Origin: Elsinoe ampelina
Lineage: Eukaryota
DNA: 64,000 bases
Assembly: GCA_010093995.1 (NCBI GenBank)
Contig: ML992501.1
Coordinates: 1,855,583-1,919,582, forward strand
Direction: 5' to 3'
Within the stretch, counting starts at the first letter, position 1. Every line of letters starts with the position of its first letter. The translations under genes were made by a program, and so were the position numbers. The notes below the pieces were generated by a model that had not been told where the DNA came from, did no database searches, and was given only the letters and a program-made list of their open reading frames with translations. Below, piece after piece: positions 58,601 to 64,000 of the stretch.

Positions 58601-61600
58601 GTCGTTCATTCTCACGTGCTCGGTCGTAAGCTTTGCGCTCGGCATCTTCTCGTTTCGTGCGTGTGCGCTCGCTCTCTTGGACACGTTCTCTCTCTCGTTC
58701 TGCCTCGTGGTTCTCATCGCGATTGTCATTACGTCTTTCTCTTCGTGAATCTTTTCGAGACTGTCGGTCATCTTCGAAACGGACGCTCGAGTCGTCTTTC
58801 CTGCCACGTGTCGCAGCATAGATTCCAGCGGCTGCAGCGGCAGCGCCACCCAGCACCGCAGCGTCACCCATGGAAATGCCAGGAGATGGATCTGTCTGGG
58901 ATCTACGGGGCGCAGGCAGTTCGGGCCGGTTCCCATCCTTCCTGCGTTCTGACGTAGAAGAAGAATAGTCGCTTCTGCCATCTCTAGACTGGCCAGACCA
59001 GCCGCGTTCTGGTCGCGTCTCGTATCTAGGCTGAGCAGAGACTGCCGATGATGAGTCTGTGAACGGCATAGGTTCAACATGCTGCATGGGGCGCATGGCT
59101 GTTGACGAGACCACCGAGGCGACATCTGCGAGCCTTACAGGCGTGGGCTGCGCTGGTGAGGGGTAAGACTGTATTCTTGACGATTGTGGAGATTCTCTCA
59201 TGGGTAGCGATGGCGTAGGTTCAATGGTGTATGTTGGTCGCTGCTTAGGCTTCTCTCGCTTTTGAGATGAGCTGCCCCATCGCCATCCCCATTTCCCTGT
59301 ACCCGAAGAGTCCGAACTCAGAGATTCTCGACTCGATCTTCGGGCAGGTCTCTTGCCTTTGTCGTAGTGCAAATCTCCGAATGCGAGACCTGAGGTCGCG
59401 CTTGAAGCGTCAGATTCAGAAACTGACTCCCAGCCATCCTCGTCAGCCGAGCTTGGACGCCCAAGAACACTTCCACGATCGCGGTGCCCGTGAGCACTGG
59501 GCTTCTCCTTCACAGCAATCACTTCTGGTCGCCGTCTACTTTGTGCCGCCGCGAGAGCTGCCGCAGTAGCCCCGATCCCTAGCAGCGTAGAGTCGAGATG
59601 ATCTCTCGAGTTGCGTCGGGAACGTCTCCTAGGGCTCGATTTGCGGCGGCTGATCGAACCTCCGAACGCCAATCCTGAATCCGAGGAAGAAGATGAGCCA
59701 TTGCCAAAGTTGAAGAAGCCCTTTTGCTTCCTCTTCTTTTTGCCAGAAATCGATTTCCGTTTGGACTTTGGGGCTGTGACTCCAAGCATCTCTCCAATGC
59801 CAGGGCTGTGGCTTCGTGATCGGGAGCGCGATCGTCTGCGGATGGACACCCCATTTGGATGGGCTTCATGAGCACGTGAGGGGCCGGCATATGTAACATA
59901 TCTTTCCTTCGATCGCGACCGCGACGACCTGATGGGTTCAGGGTGTCTTACGGTCAAAGCATCTGGATTTTGCGGATACACATAGTCATTACGACCATGC
60001 GGTCGCACCACACCTCGCGAGATATCTGATCCTCTTGACTGGTAGCTCGGTGGTCGGTCCGATCGTCCAGACTTAGCACTGTAATCGTCGTTGAGCTCAT
60101 GCTTCTGGTTCCAGAGTGCCCCGCCGACTTTAGCAATGCCGTACCCGGCCAGACCAGCACCAAGCCAGCCAGCCTTACTTTTCCGCTTGCCGCCATTTTC
60201 AGACGAAGACGAAGAGTGGTATCTTGCATCCTTGTCGACACCACTATGCTTCCCTTTGCGTCTAGCAGACTGTCGTAAAGATTCGTTCGATCGGCGTCTC
60301 TTGAACGAGTCGCTGGAACGCCGACGATGGAAGTGATGTGGTCTGGGTGCATCTCGCGCCGAAGACTTGGGATCGAAGCAATATTTGCAAACCCCAATAT
60401 ACTCAGTATATTCTTCCATTCTGCGGACATCCTCCTTGTTCTGGACTAGGTCGAACAATCGGTCAAGAGGACCTCGATGCGTATGTCTATGCTTGTGCTC
60501 TATCGCCTGTCCTACCATTGAGGGCGGGCGATAGGTGAATTGATCTTCCTGCGGATGGTTGACAGGGAGGGTTGATGATCCTGAAGTATGATGCGCAGCA
60601 TAGGCACCGGCCGCCAGTCCTGCCGCTCCGGCAGCCGCTACAGTGGGCAATGAGCTTCCATTTGCTTGAACGGGCTGTGGAGGTTGCGCAGGAACGTAGT
60701 AAGCTCCCCCAAAACCGCCATTATTCTGGGGAATATTGCTCCCGTGCTGTGCCCATGTCCCATTTGCTGTGCCCGATGCAGTATAGAAAGATGCTGCATC
60801 ACTCGCCCCAACTCCTGAACCTGGCTGACCAGGTGCGTATGCAGAAGTTGAAGGTCCATGTTCTGGTCTGGAAGGTCTCGAAGAGCTGGATTGTTTTGGG
60901 GGTTTAGATAGGCTTCCACTTGCTCCATAGAAGTCTGCAGCTGATCCATTGCCAGTGTCCTGTGCAGGAGTTGGGATCGAAGATGCTGGTTGTAAATGCG
61001 GTGGATGGTGCATCTTGATATCGGGAGAAGGTGGCCTGACACCTGGTTGCATGCTCACCGACTGGCCCTGGTCACCGTAGAAGTCTGCAGCGAGCCCATA
61101 GCCTCCCTCAGAAGTAGTCTTTCCTGCCCGCTCAAAAGCGTTATGCGAATAGTCCGCCGGAAATTGACCTGGAAATTGATTCTGTACATTGGACGATAGT
61201 TGAGGTATAGCAGATTGAGACATGCCATACGGCTGATCGTGTTGTCCAGGGAATTGACTGAAGCCTGTCGCGCGCATACCACTGGCAAAGTCCTCTGCGC
61301 CTCTGGTCCTCTCAGTTCGTGCAGCGCGAGAGGGGCCCTCGGTCGACTCGACTCGTTTCTCTTTTCGCTTGTCGCTGTCGCGTCTGTCTCCCTCCCTCCT
61401 CTTGCGGTCTTTTGACCTGCTTCGAGACCGACTCTTTTTGCCTCCCTTCTTTTCCGAGCGCGAGGAGACTCTGCTCCTGATTTCACTCTTGCCATCCAGA
61501 TCCTCCCATTCTTCCTCGTTTGCGACACTCCGGATGGCGCTCTCTGTAAGCGAAGGTGTTCGACTGGACTTGTCCGACTTCTTGTTGCTCTTGGAGGAAG

Positions 61601-61628
61601 AGCTATTGCTCCGACGAAGTCCAAACAT
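43650..61628 (-). CDS. LAH: Woronin body tether leashin (LAH; often annotated involucrin-repeat protein), single 5992-aa ORF
   Basis: Size, acidic disordered middle with W..KKxKK lysine clusters, N-terminal MEEYTEYIGVCKYCFDP motif, C-terminal coiled coil plus DEDYFDGACQKLCQHVQAWVLRFSK and hydrophobic DVFMALVMMMVWEYVF. Confidence 0.82.
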   Translation of the reverse strand: MFGLRRSNSSSSKSNKKSDKSSRTPSLTESAIRSVANEEEWEDLDGKSEIRSRVSSRSEKKGGKKSRSRSRSKDRKRREGDRRDSDKRKEKRVESTEGPSRAARTERTRGAEDFASGMRATGFSQFPGQHDQPYGMSQSAIPQLSSNVQNQFPGQFPADYSHNAFERAGKTTSEGGYGLAADFYGDQGQSVSMQPGVRPPSPDIKMHHPPHLQPASSIPTPAQDTGNGSAADFYGASGSLSKPPKQSSSSRPSRPEHGPSTSAYAPGQPGSGVGASDAASFYTASGTANGTWAQHGSNIPQNNGGFGGAYYVPAQPPQPVQANGSSLPTVAAAGAAGLAAGAYAAHHTSGSSTLPVNHPQEDQFTYRPPSMVGQAIEHKHRHTHRGPLDRLFDLVQNKEDVRRMEEYTEYIGVCKYCFDPKSSARDAPRPHHFHRRRSSDSFKRRRSNESLRQSARRKGKHSGVDKDARYHSSSSSENGGKRKSKAGWLGAGLAGYGIAKVGGALWNQKHELNDDYSAKSGRSDRPPSYQSRGSDISRGVVRPHGRNDYVYPQNPDALTVRHPEPIRSSRSRSKERYVTYAGPSRAHEAHPNGVSIRRRSRSRSRSHSPGIGEMLGVTAPKSKRKSISGKKKRKQKGFFNFGNGSSSSSDSGLAFGGSISRRKSSPRRRSRRNSRDHLDSTLLGIGATAAALAAAQSRRRPEVIAVKEKPSAHGHRDRGSVLGRPSSADEDGWESVSESDASSATSGLAFGDLHYDKGKRPARRSSRESLSSDSSGTGKWGWRWGSSSQKREKPKQRPTYTIEPTPSLPMRESPQSSRIQSYPSPAQPTPVRLADVASVVSSTAMRPMQHVEPMPFTDSSSAVSAQPRYETRPERGWSGQSRDGRSDYSSSTSERRKDGNRPELPAPRRSQTDPSPGISMGDAAVLGGAAAAAAGIYAATRGRKDDSSVRFEDDRQSRKDSRRERRNDNRDENHEAERERERVQESERTRTKREDAERKAYDRARENERQAIADRAEHEAQYSMSGALPSPPPITNPQVSQPPQQPVNALSDRERELEALIAAKKKELAERQAREGGARSTPPPPYPGHNDLAEQTHSSYDPATGYYTQTFKPSRRDTEDDAYSPDTPEDQKRGRSRVEYSDAARDTAARVVADLKEKYTSPQPTQAEFFAPKELEKKPVLSEEEERQKKLKEWVPNADADIHYTMHAGDFKRFDPKTQVLIRKDGVPHLGLIVPTPPVSMAGSAKGDKSPVSPHVVTEREIPNQSAEKTRDEKVANRVSWGPDDTRFYEIESPAHSPRLPPAGAYPSDPVIEVKSDERGEPSTSYKFSDLPSAAAPFAADRFTGEPETIEVVREEPRSSFERPGIYQSPFFETVSDLGMSLDSPGTEGAPPVRGFIEGEVDEPTPVAERRSYIPGAFEDGPPPTISRETKPPSRDTSRVREVKDKVIEDGPLAQSWSSLPPRNLEKEDRDLDTRSETWDTGLSKKDKKRKGKTGTREIVDFASEPDMSERASSVIEEPVAQAAGDKESWEKPLTKKEQRKRDKLPRRDTDDIVAEALEPFMAVQTPPTKDNEEQFFEAPLSKKDRKRRDKLVREDTDDFASASVTPLQTIPEPASDPMIQPVIEAIAEQEDTWTPTLSRKEQKKREKLARQATDDFANPIEIPVKEQSESTAFHDAANDEWSVPLSKKEQKKRDKLARQNTDEFSTPVETPVKEVSVQDEWQVPLSKKEQKKRDKLARQNTDDFSTPVETPVEETSAADEWQIPLSKKEQKKRDKLARQNTEDFPTPVETPVEEAPTADEWQVPLSKKELKKRDKLARQNTDDISEPVLSTNGIASKEEELDTAWAAPLSKKDKKKLEKERRKSLADDKSSRDTSTTRDTYAASEPGSKRREDQIDRDTQSEAGDRRKDKQSFGDIATALLAGGAAGFVANDALKSRSDKRDEDRFDDRSPIDEKSRQRRDTLSRSPPYEAASADRNGNTEREQFNYGIPGSFDEPQRTETEEERRARKKKSRRSGDFDDNMSMVSGYSERSSKSKRDKDESSSKKDKKGGLFGMFRRKSEDANQDEPDDRDDKKDKKHHRRRGTGDDDDTRSVASGISRRSTADYGDIPSESKRERRRDREAESPPDQLSRRSTSSKEDLRNRDRSSTLTGEDKYQDQSFLAKRVEVEELQSLPAEPSTQLSRAPETAINSDRSADLGTATMYHEESLGGSVMSPESLSLQSPVTETPRRPAALPLRPASATAVPFRFRRPPPSPSVSTTSTPNASRQRAESFSSQVPASPDSPASLITPRTRASRPRSIEIRREFQPLYLVEHNRKPSEIVLEDEPLPPLPISRETSRASSLRGSDGYESAVEEQLFEDAVETPLPAMSAEDEFKNFDLPIERSIESQMRFEDVLSSNQSTPRASAFPSDVFSKKPKREPEFYSWEDMLREEKEREERAARDAVDQVPQPDSAPTVSTGLDFGTIASTVALGPGAALAADALTETDVSSHSREPISDGSDMPPTTSSLAEPTPISPGSHSVFATPLEEPSPSFATPSEQPEPAFVLKPARKGSKKKGKPLKLGTAVVTSGEVDRETAEEIKERNEQDTRDAVDGLFGESESPGKEWRAKRERKGSKSKRDIVELKSEEAIVVPADVPSTTRDQPPSGLTELGISKEDDPTTSLPALETHESKQSETFRIDEQMQQLQQTSFEEQPSIITTPVTAVERSAGTTKPTEVERASTPLKSDKKKKGKKGKGVQFDIWNDVVPATTEPVPQDQSEAFMSHATSTDAEPIETSAPSRFVSEHVEQQTEVEPPPAESSVQPEARALSKKELKKLKKGKKIDLWTEEPSTQASTPNEERQSDPLAGSHHPLAKLDIEKIDAVDASALQTIGESDAAAIPDVQQPQADPPVRPQDPTEIEEWSKPLSKKELKKLKKGKKVDIWAEEPSPAAEDRQLTGRSTLDNSASLQQTDLPDDSAETRTNLETPQLQSEDISSHMQPDAPVDTAVPEAGSKSLSKKELKKLKKGKQVDLSAKSPTALSPGREEPLAINANATQPTEYSEADDNLGVYAGTTQDRAQPLELADEPPNGTEPEPWSKPLSKKELKKLKKGKQVDPWSDEPVNTAIEEPTTNIVSDSKQPDDDANTATTVENEALADTVDVTNQTTADPSRTIVEQEPEADERSKPLSKKELKKLKKGKKVDLWSEEPSPSVDAEGKQIVDVAGTREVDTDAPREIVLADADPTVGKEAPADPDLEQEIEPWSKPLSKKELKKLKKGKQVAVEDNPAAIAVEEAELDTQATPFQKEPPTTIVSHEPPSDSPATQNQASETDEWAKPLSKKELKKLKKGKKVDLWNDEPLQEPTESVATGEPVEPVRSFDDATDVVQGTMPAQTESIEIDTKQLSKAERKKLKKARRSDPWAFEDEDGNGEVTPAGTEDATPPQFRESAESLTDPLDDKVATSEMVQTSQQDAIRSTDYWGLMAGAVAGVGATVAALGTGNHKNGKSDGSVHPEESSSVGTQDQILPDSRMVVQQDDTVSEQQPTTKDGIEAEKIDDSSSPIDTRSKSTERGNKDKRSKSKDEKRKSATSTVLSWVLPGIAGKSKRSSDKSDKRSSSSKSRDRTILDGDAEKSTEQHDKNQDSDTTVQQSSETKTASSEPLWGPEDLVRDESDRFTRPDPDAPLPEHTSTEDVQAQNPHPDPVPSIEATPDQPVSSLPAKPRDFSNLWGEVDLIRDESSRMRGDVEELETVSQMPAVTETTSAHADDPDVSNTEVKNVENPVEPPSEVFVTKKSRKDKKRGKGKALSETPAEETTLEGQEVPVPNDNAPLPSLEQSSRDVEVLPTTEVIAIDKQADIELQRSQPPAETAADDAWDFPVKKRKGKKGKRAEAIEFEAAPAPIADAAMPLDNESGNLAPVPADPVGQIQAIESTSEPILQQEEPNTTINETIADDGWGFTPLKKRKGKKGKRAEADEQAPTTNEVISQPAKVDMATATSHGETMGVAEGSQPAVDEFANTESRVDEPATEPISTAHIETSWNDEFTTKKARKGKNSKRAISDELDPVPHQSGFDPPAEQSLRGTADQYAASTGSATEQQLATSTSKDIERGVPTIDTTADSMGPSKAVEPADTPAINDSAPIQSVQATPEDEWSSYVVKKGKKGKKGKRASGVDFAQMTPPVTERADDFEVTAPVQHPTSDQPEEDDWAPTTSKSKKKGRKAAAAAAVLATAAGALALRSDDKAEEIKTEHNGAAPDEIKEQVNRDGDGLPKSEVQSQVPSPAPDDRPLERMVMPSDLRDLPATSDRRESTISEPAQPSPDVPLETMKMPEDLRDLSPIQTDNLAITSAQTSAIPTPLGDWDIDPLLDSNMETPDEMWARMSKKKKGKKSKRASAIGTPLSREVPLPADLEEAGQKLALADRQPDLSTQVDPSKSEDVVVVRETKDAISEAVLSSEPLIGLNTVDRSAAITDPIDIPATPAKQSDAVITTESPVEEVGISRFKDSPPRDTESEPHRQQSSHVSSEGNECFMGVDRMPLTRAPSELLEDERQPLLSRRESPERGISSVAVPAETPIDNHEKNLVSTEQDSSTAQAKPVELVDREPDNEEFSPFSLKLSKKDRKKAKQKRKTLDLAEDEQSDVVPDTVVASNPASEESIAQTIGGEKGTSELAEARSGPRSSVPDQFRLSRPLSKFDWADEVEAAEQDDEGVPTAMPVAEKLTTVDTEDASRAQDTTHIDQSEFPITRKISKKEKRKSKKAKGFDVEDDPPTPVAEKTAEEGLRANLSQTTVLRESDDRARGTQSSFARAVSPPSNDIDFAATLAAGLAQSGFDSNMVVEDPVFHRRSSPPGTVAEVDPEEAFAIVNKKGRKGKKNRRSTTDTPSEEKTEQSLLDEGTLSKELPDSHDKPSTYGQGDDDFTAALTAGLGAAGFTAAMLSRSQEELSKAEGPEESIFTKSNKKKRKGKKIVDTEEDDSNDQNARRAIELTGEMPAGELQPAAVEHEELPLDTTGLAPREILDVPSAEQAPENDEWALPIKKGKKGKGKGKRGSALEIEAIPEPVKQPVVETPLPDLPSKKSKKKKRGSAFDWNAETPTEEEPSETTIAAIDAAPASTSSVGMMHTSEISQSLPTTVSKLPRGREGSLATTEQSRELDKPRDPSPAGIVNTPGWSFDVLDKSRDSGVPESLFLPEDDKPRETIRDSGYDTITDRSNRNSGEKYGVPETIMETGASDLNADKESVASWEQWEMPVKKTRSQDVVEEKLATGSRGPSPVESTTKNRTSYLFATPPSNGQQSTESTNSRAKKDVQNRSASPVIPLDYIPTESAERKRGKSASDVGLPDHAIKTTRRTDTPKQSFRDRIDSSSQIPPELSLRDVKGSQPSTSQTRLEALRSPTGISNTSASSLQRLKSPDPVRAPSITASIISNESATPSLRRTDRSASGDLRTAARRGDALNLGSTAAQTNNSIPPFRAPPTPPLNDDERGLNTRTRAMSDIYEGYGDGEPMATSPTRPQSVRRKQSMYIADMEARVEALVSENRRLQDARNDMDIDGDENATRQSVANSEMRLREKDAEINQIKAMLEPLKQELEQLKDLNATLTEANKNLIADTNDRYGTLQEEHSYANAQWQQSIRELEKLRHEHSQLSNGMESIVRQHIDTALEDKDTEIARLRAELDYATSEIRALQARIQATATDDYLTVRDEDYFDGACQKLCQHVQAWVLRFSKSSDNRACRLSSDLKDDKLETRLDNTMLDGSDVDTLLVDRVRRRDVFMALVMMMVWEYVFTRYLFGMDREQRQKLKALEKILLEVGPPRAVAQWRATTLTLLARRPAFSTQKNLDHEAVTQEIYATLAALLPPPKSAEGQLQASLKKVLRLAIDLSIEMRTQRADYFMLPPPTPEYDSNGDLVRKTKFDAETMNERSGEYVSNEELQSTGSVVKIVLFPLVMKKGDDSGEGGDEAVICPAQVLVATSKHSKRVVRRRSGVMDVDEGGSRGTGARSRMSLISGGEGFI
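51620..53200 (-). repeat. seven dispersed LSKKELKKLKKGK-type repeats in LAH
   Basis: Copies near 51650, 51870, 52100, 52370, 52610, 52890, 53180. Confidence 0.85.
55099..55146 (-). other. candidate -1 programmed ribosomal frameshift signal (U_UUU_UUA + 5-nt spacer + 15-bp stem-loop)
   Basis: Heptamer 55146-55140 in phase (UCU UUU UUA = S2161 F2162 L2163); spacer GCCAA; arms 55134-55120 and 55113-55099 pair at 15/15 positions (one G-U). Confidence 0.65.
56161..56710 (-). repeat. 120-bp (40-aa) tandem repeat in LAH: DEWQVPLSKKEQKKRDKLARQNTDDFSTPVETPVEE
   Basis: Four copies at exact 120-nt period (56181, 56301, 56421, 56541) plus degenerate flanking copies. Confidence 0.9.
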
Positions 61629-62364
61629 ATTGTGTAGTAAATTCGTGAAGTTGGGTTATCAATCAATGTCTGTGTGTCATCGCGTATGTCTTGTCGATTG
61701 CGCTCGAAGTATTGTGCAGGTCGCAAATAGTTTGGACGTAATTTGCAGAGTCACAAAGCGACACTGATGAGCCTCGCGCGGTGTGGGCTCAAATTTCACC
61801 CTGCTGGGCGAATGATGGTGGAGCAATGTTCAGTTTGAGATGGTGAGTTGATGTGTTGGCGTGCAGCGCAGATCTCTGCCGCCCAAAGCTTCCAGCCACT
61901 CAATTTGAACGCTGCATGATGAGCATCCCTGTCCTTCACTTTTGGCATATGCAGAATATCGGGTCATTATGCTAAATTATGGTATTTCACATTTCATTCT
62001 CCGGCTACATGCCACTCTACTGCCGACCGCTGGCCAAAAAATATCGAGGTCAGGCGGACTGTTTACCGTTTTGCGGTCAATCGTGGTTCGCCGCCTCATC
62101 TCCGCTTCCGCCTGGCAACGGCCCGCAAGTCAGTTCAGTTACCGCTATTATTATAAGATCGGACTTTTCTCAGGCGTAGAATTCCTTGCATGGATCTACC
62201 AGCATGAGCGCATCGTGACTACCATCTTCACGACCATGACATCCTCCGTGCTCGCTCGCCTCGTGCTTCTCTGATGCGTAGCTGAGTGGCGGTGGTTGTG
62301 GCGGACGCAGCCTGGTCCACAGTGATGCCAAGCCATCGTCGATCCTCTTGCAATCATTGGTAAA

Positions 62365-63323
62365 TCATGTGACTGGATGACCGAGTTGTGCGCGGATTTG
62401 TATGATCTGATCTCTTTGAGCGGCCGGTAAAGTGAAAATCATCTCCCTTGTCATGCCGAGAATCTGCTGTATGGCAGCCTGTTGATCTGGAGGCGCGGCT
62501 GCTGGTGCTGGTGGTGGAGCATACACTGGCTGTTGTGGAGGTGTAGGCGCTACAGGTGGCTGATACTGCTGGTACCCACCATAAGGATTCGGTGGCTGTG
62601 CCTGAGGAGGAGGGACTGGTGGTTGCTGGTATTGGGGAGCCTGAGGCTGAGCTGCTGCTGCTTGAACAATACTGCTGAGAACGTTCGTGTCTGTAAGACC
62701 CAGTAATAAGAGAGCTTGGAAGATTGCGTATGCTAATTGTGGTGCCACGGCGAAAAGCTGCTGCACCTGCGCGGGATTCTCTGCGACCATCCCTTTCATC
62801 TGGGAGATCAGATCGAGAAGTTGAGGAGCTGGCATCGCGGAGAGTGTCTGAGAGATAGCATCTGGCGCGCTGATGTTCGGGTTTTCGATCCCTGGAGGTA
62901 GAGGGGGCAGCGCTCCTGGTGCCTGTCCGTCGAACCCGTTTGCGTGAGGGATTGGCTCAGGCGCGAGCTGGGTTGTGGGTGCACTTCCTCCTCCGCCTCC
63001 TCCGCCACCGCCACTGCTGTCGTTCGACCAGTCCACTCTTAGCTTACGACCCATTATATCGTGATCATTGAGGTTGCGCACGGCTGCTGCTGCTGTGTCC
63101 GGGTCCGCATATTCCAAGAAACCGAATCCCTTCGGCCGCCCGGTCTCTTTGTCGTGCACTAACCGAAAGTTGTTGACTGCACCCACTCTCGAGAAAATAT
63201 CGATGATCTGTTCTTCGCTCACGCCTGAGATTGGTGAGTATGATGATTCACGTTGGGTGCGCAAGTTCACTTACCATATGGGATGTTACCAACAAAGACT
63301 GATCTGCCAGGTGCAGGGGCCAT
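62365..63323 (-). CDS. RNA15: mRNA 3'-end processing factor Rna15/CstF-64 (RRM, hinge, C-terminal domain); intron 63274-63225
   Basis: MAPAPGRSVFVGNIPYG|VSEEQ, DKETGRPKGFGFLEY, DAISQTL..PQLAYAIFQALLLLGL, IFTLPAAQRDQIIQIR. Confidence 0.9.
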
Positions 63324-63599
63324 TCTGGTCAAGCGCGTCGGCGCCTAGGGCTCTCAGGAGCTTCCAATGGCACGGGATCTTGCTGGTTGGCGTGGTGCGA
63401 GGTCGTTGAAGGCGAAGAAGTGGGATGTGGAGTGATGAAGCTGGAAGAGCTGCGAACACAGGCGGCCATCCAAGAGAACTTCCTGTGAACGCCTGGCCCG
63501 TGCGGATCTGCAGCTGTTGTAACTGGCAAATCGGATCGAGAGACGTGTGTTTCATTCAGAGAGTTACAATAACCGATTTATCTACTGTGCGTGCGCTGA

Positions 63600-64000
63600 C
63601 TTATCAGTACCAGTTCTTTAGTACTAGAGAAGCTATACTAGCCTTCTATTATAACACTCCCCCTCTAGTATAGATTACTAAAGCTAGAGAACTATCCTAT
63701 TACATGTAAGTAAAGTAATTAGCTTATTACTTTATCTCTTTATAATTACTTATAATTGTTAGTGTTAGCTAATTATTAGTAAGAATTCACTATTAGTTTA
63801 GCTTATAATTGCTAGTAATAATAGTAACTATTAACAATAGCTAGGTAGCTATTATTTATATAAATAGACTAGCTTATAAGTCTTAATTAAAGAGATATAA
63901 GTATCTAACTAGCCTCTTTATAATTTCTCTTTCCTTTATTATACTTATAGTAGTAGCCTTTTCTTTTATATAACACTTTTACCTTCTTACTATACTATAT
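63600..64000. repeat. AT-rich, TpA-enriched RIP-type degenerate repeat (likely transposon relic), runs off the window
   Basis: Abrupt drop in GC; abundant TA/TAG/CTA, near absence of CG, CA and TG dinucleotides after about 63710; no ORFs. Confidence 0.8.

Overview
Intron-containing filamentous ascomycete DNA (Pezizomycotina; Dothideomycete-like by inference), gene dense, with 17 protein-coding loci and an AT-rich, RIP-type block at the right edge. Core genes: TAF12, SPC34, RPN3, a CRH-type GH16, VID27, beta-carbonic anhydrase, an F-box/LRR protein, an MFS (ACS family) transporter, a Zn2Cys6 factor, a polysaccharide deacetylase, a Kelch membrane protein, UTP20, the 18-kb Woronin-body tether gene leashin (LAH) and RNA15. 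Accessory-looking genes: a PNP_UDP effector with an amyloid-like tail, a SLATT 2TM effector, a WW/repeat protein and a frameshifted secreted His/Cys-repeat protein. Top finding: inside LAH, an in-phase U_UUU_UUA slippery heptamer, a 5-nt spacer and a 15-bp stem-loop form a textbook -1 ribosomal frameshift signal that would give a ~2,169-aa N-terminal isoform besides the 5,992-aa tether. Other highlights: tandem splice donors giving two alternative GPI-type C-termini in the GH16 gene, recurrent same-polarity C-to-G skew switches, a pogo/Fot1-like MITE and a probable 2-nt microexon. Family assignments are from motif recognition, not database searches.
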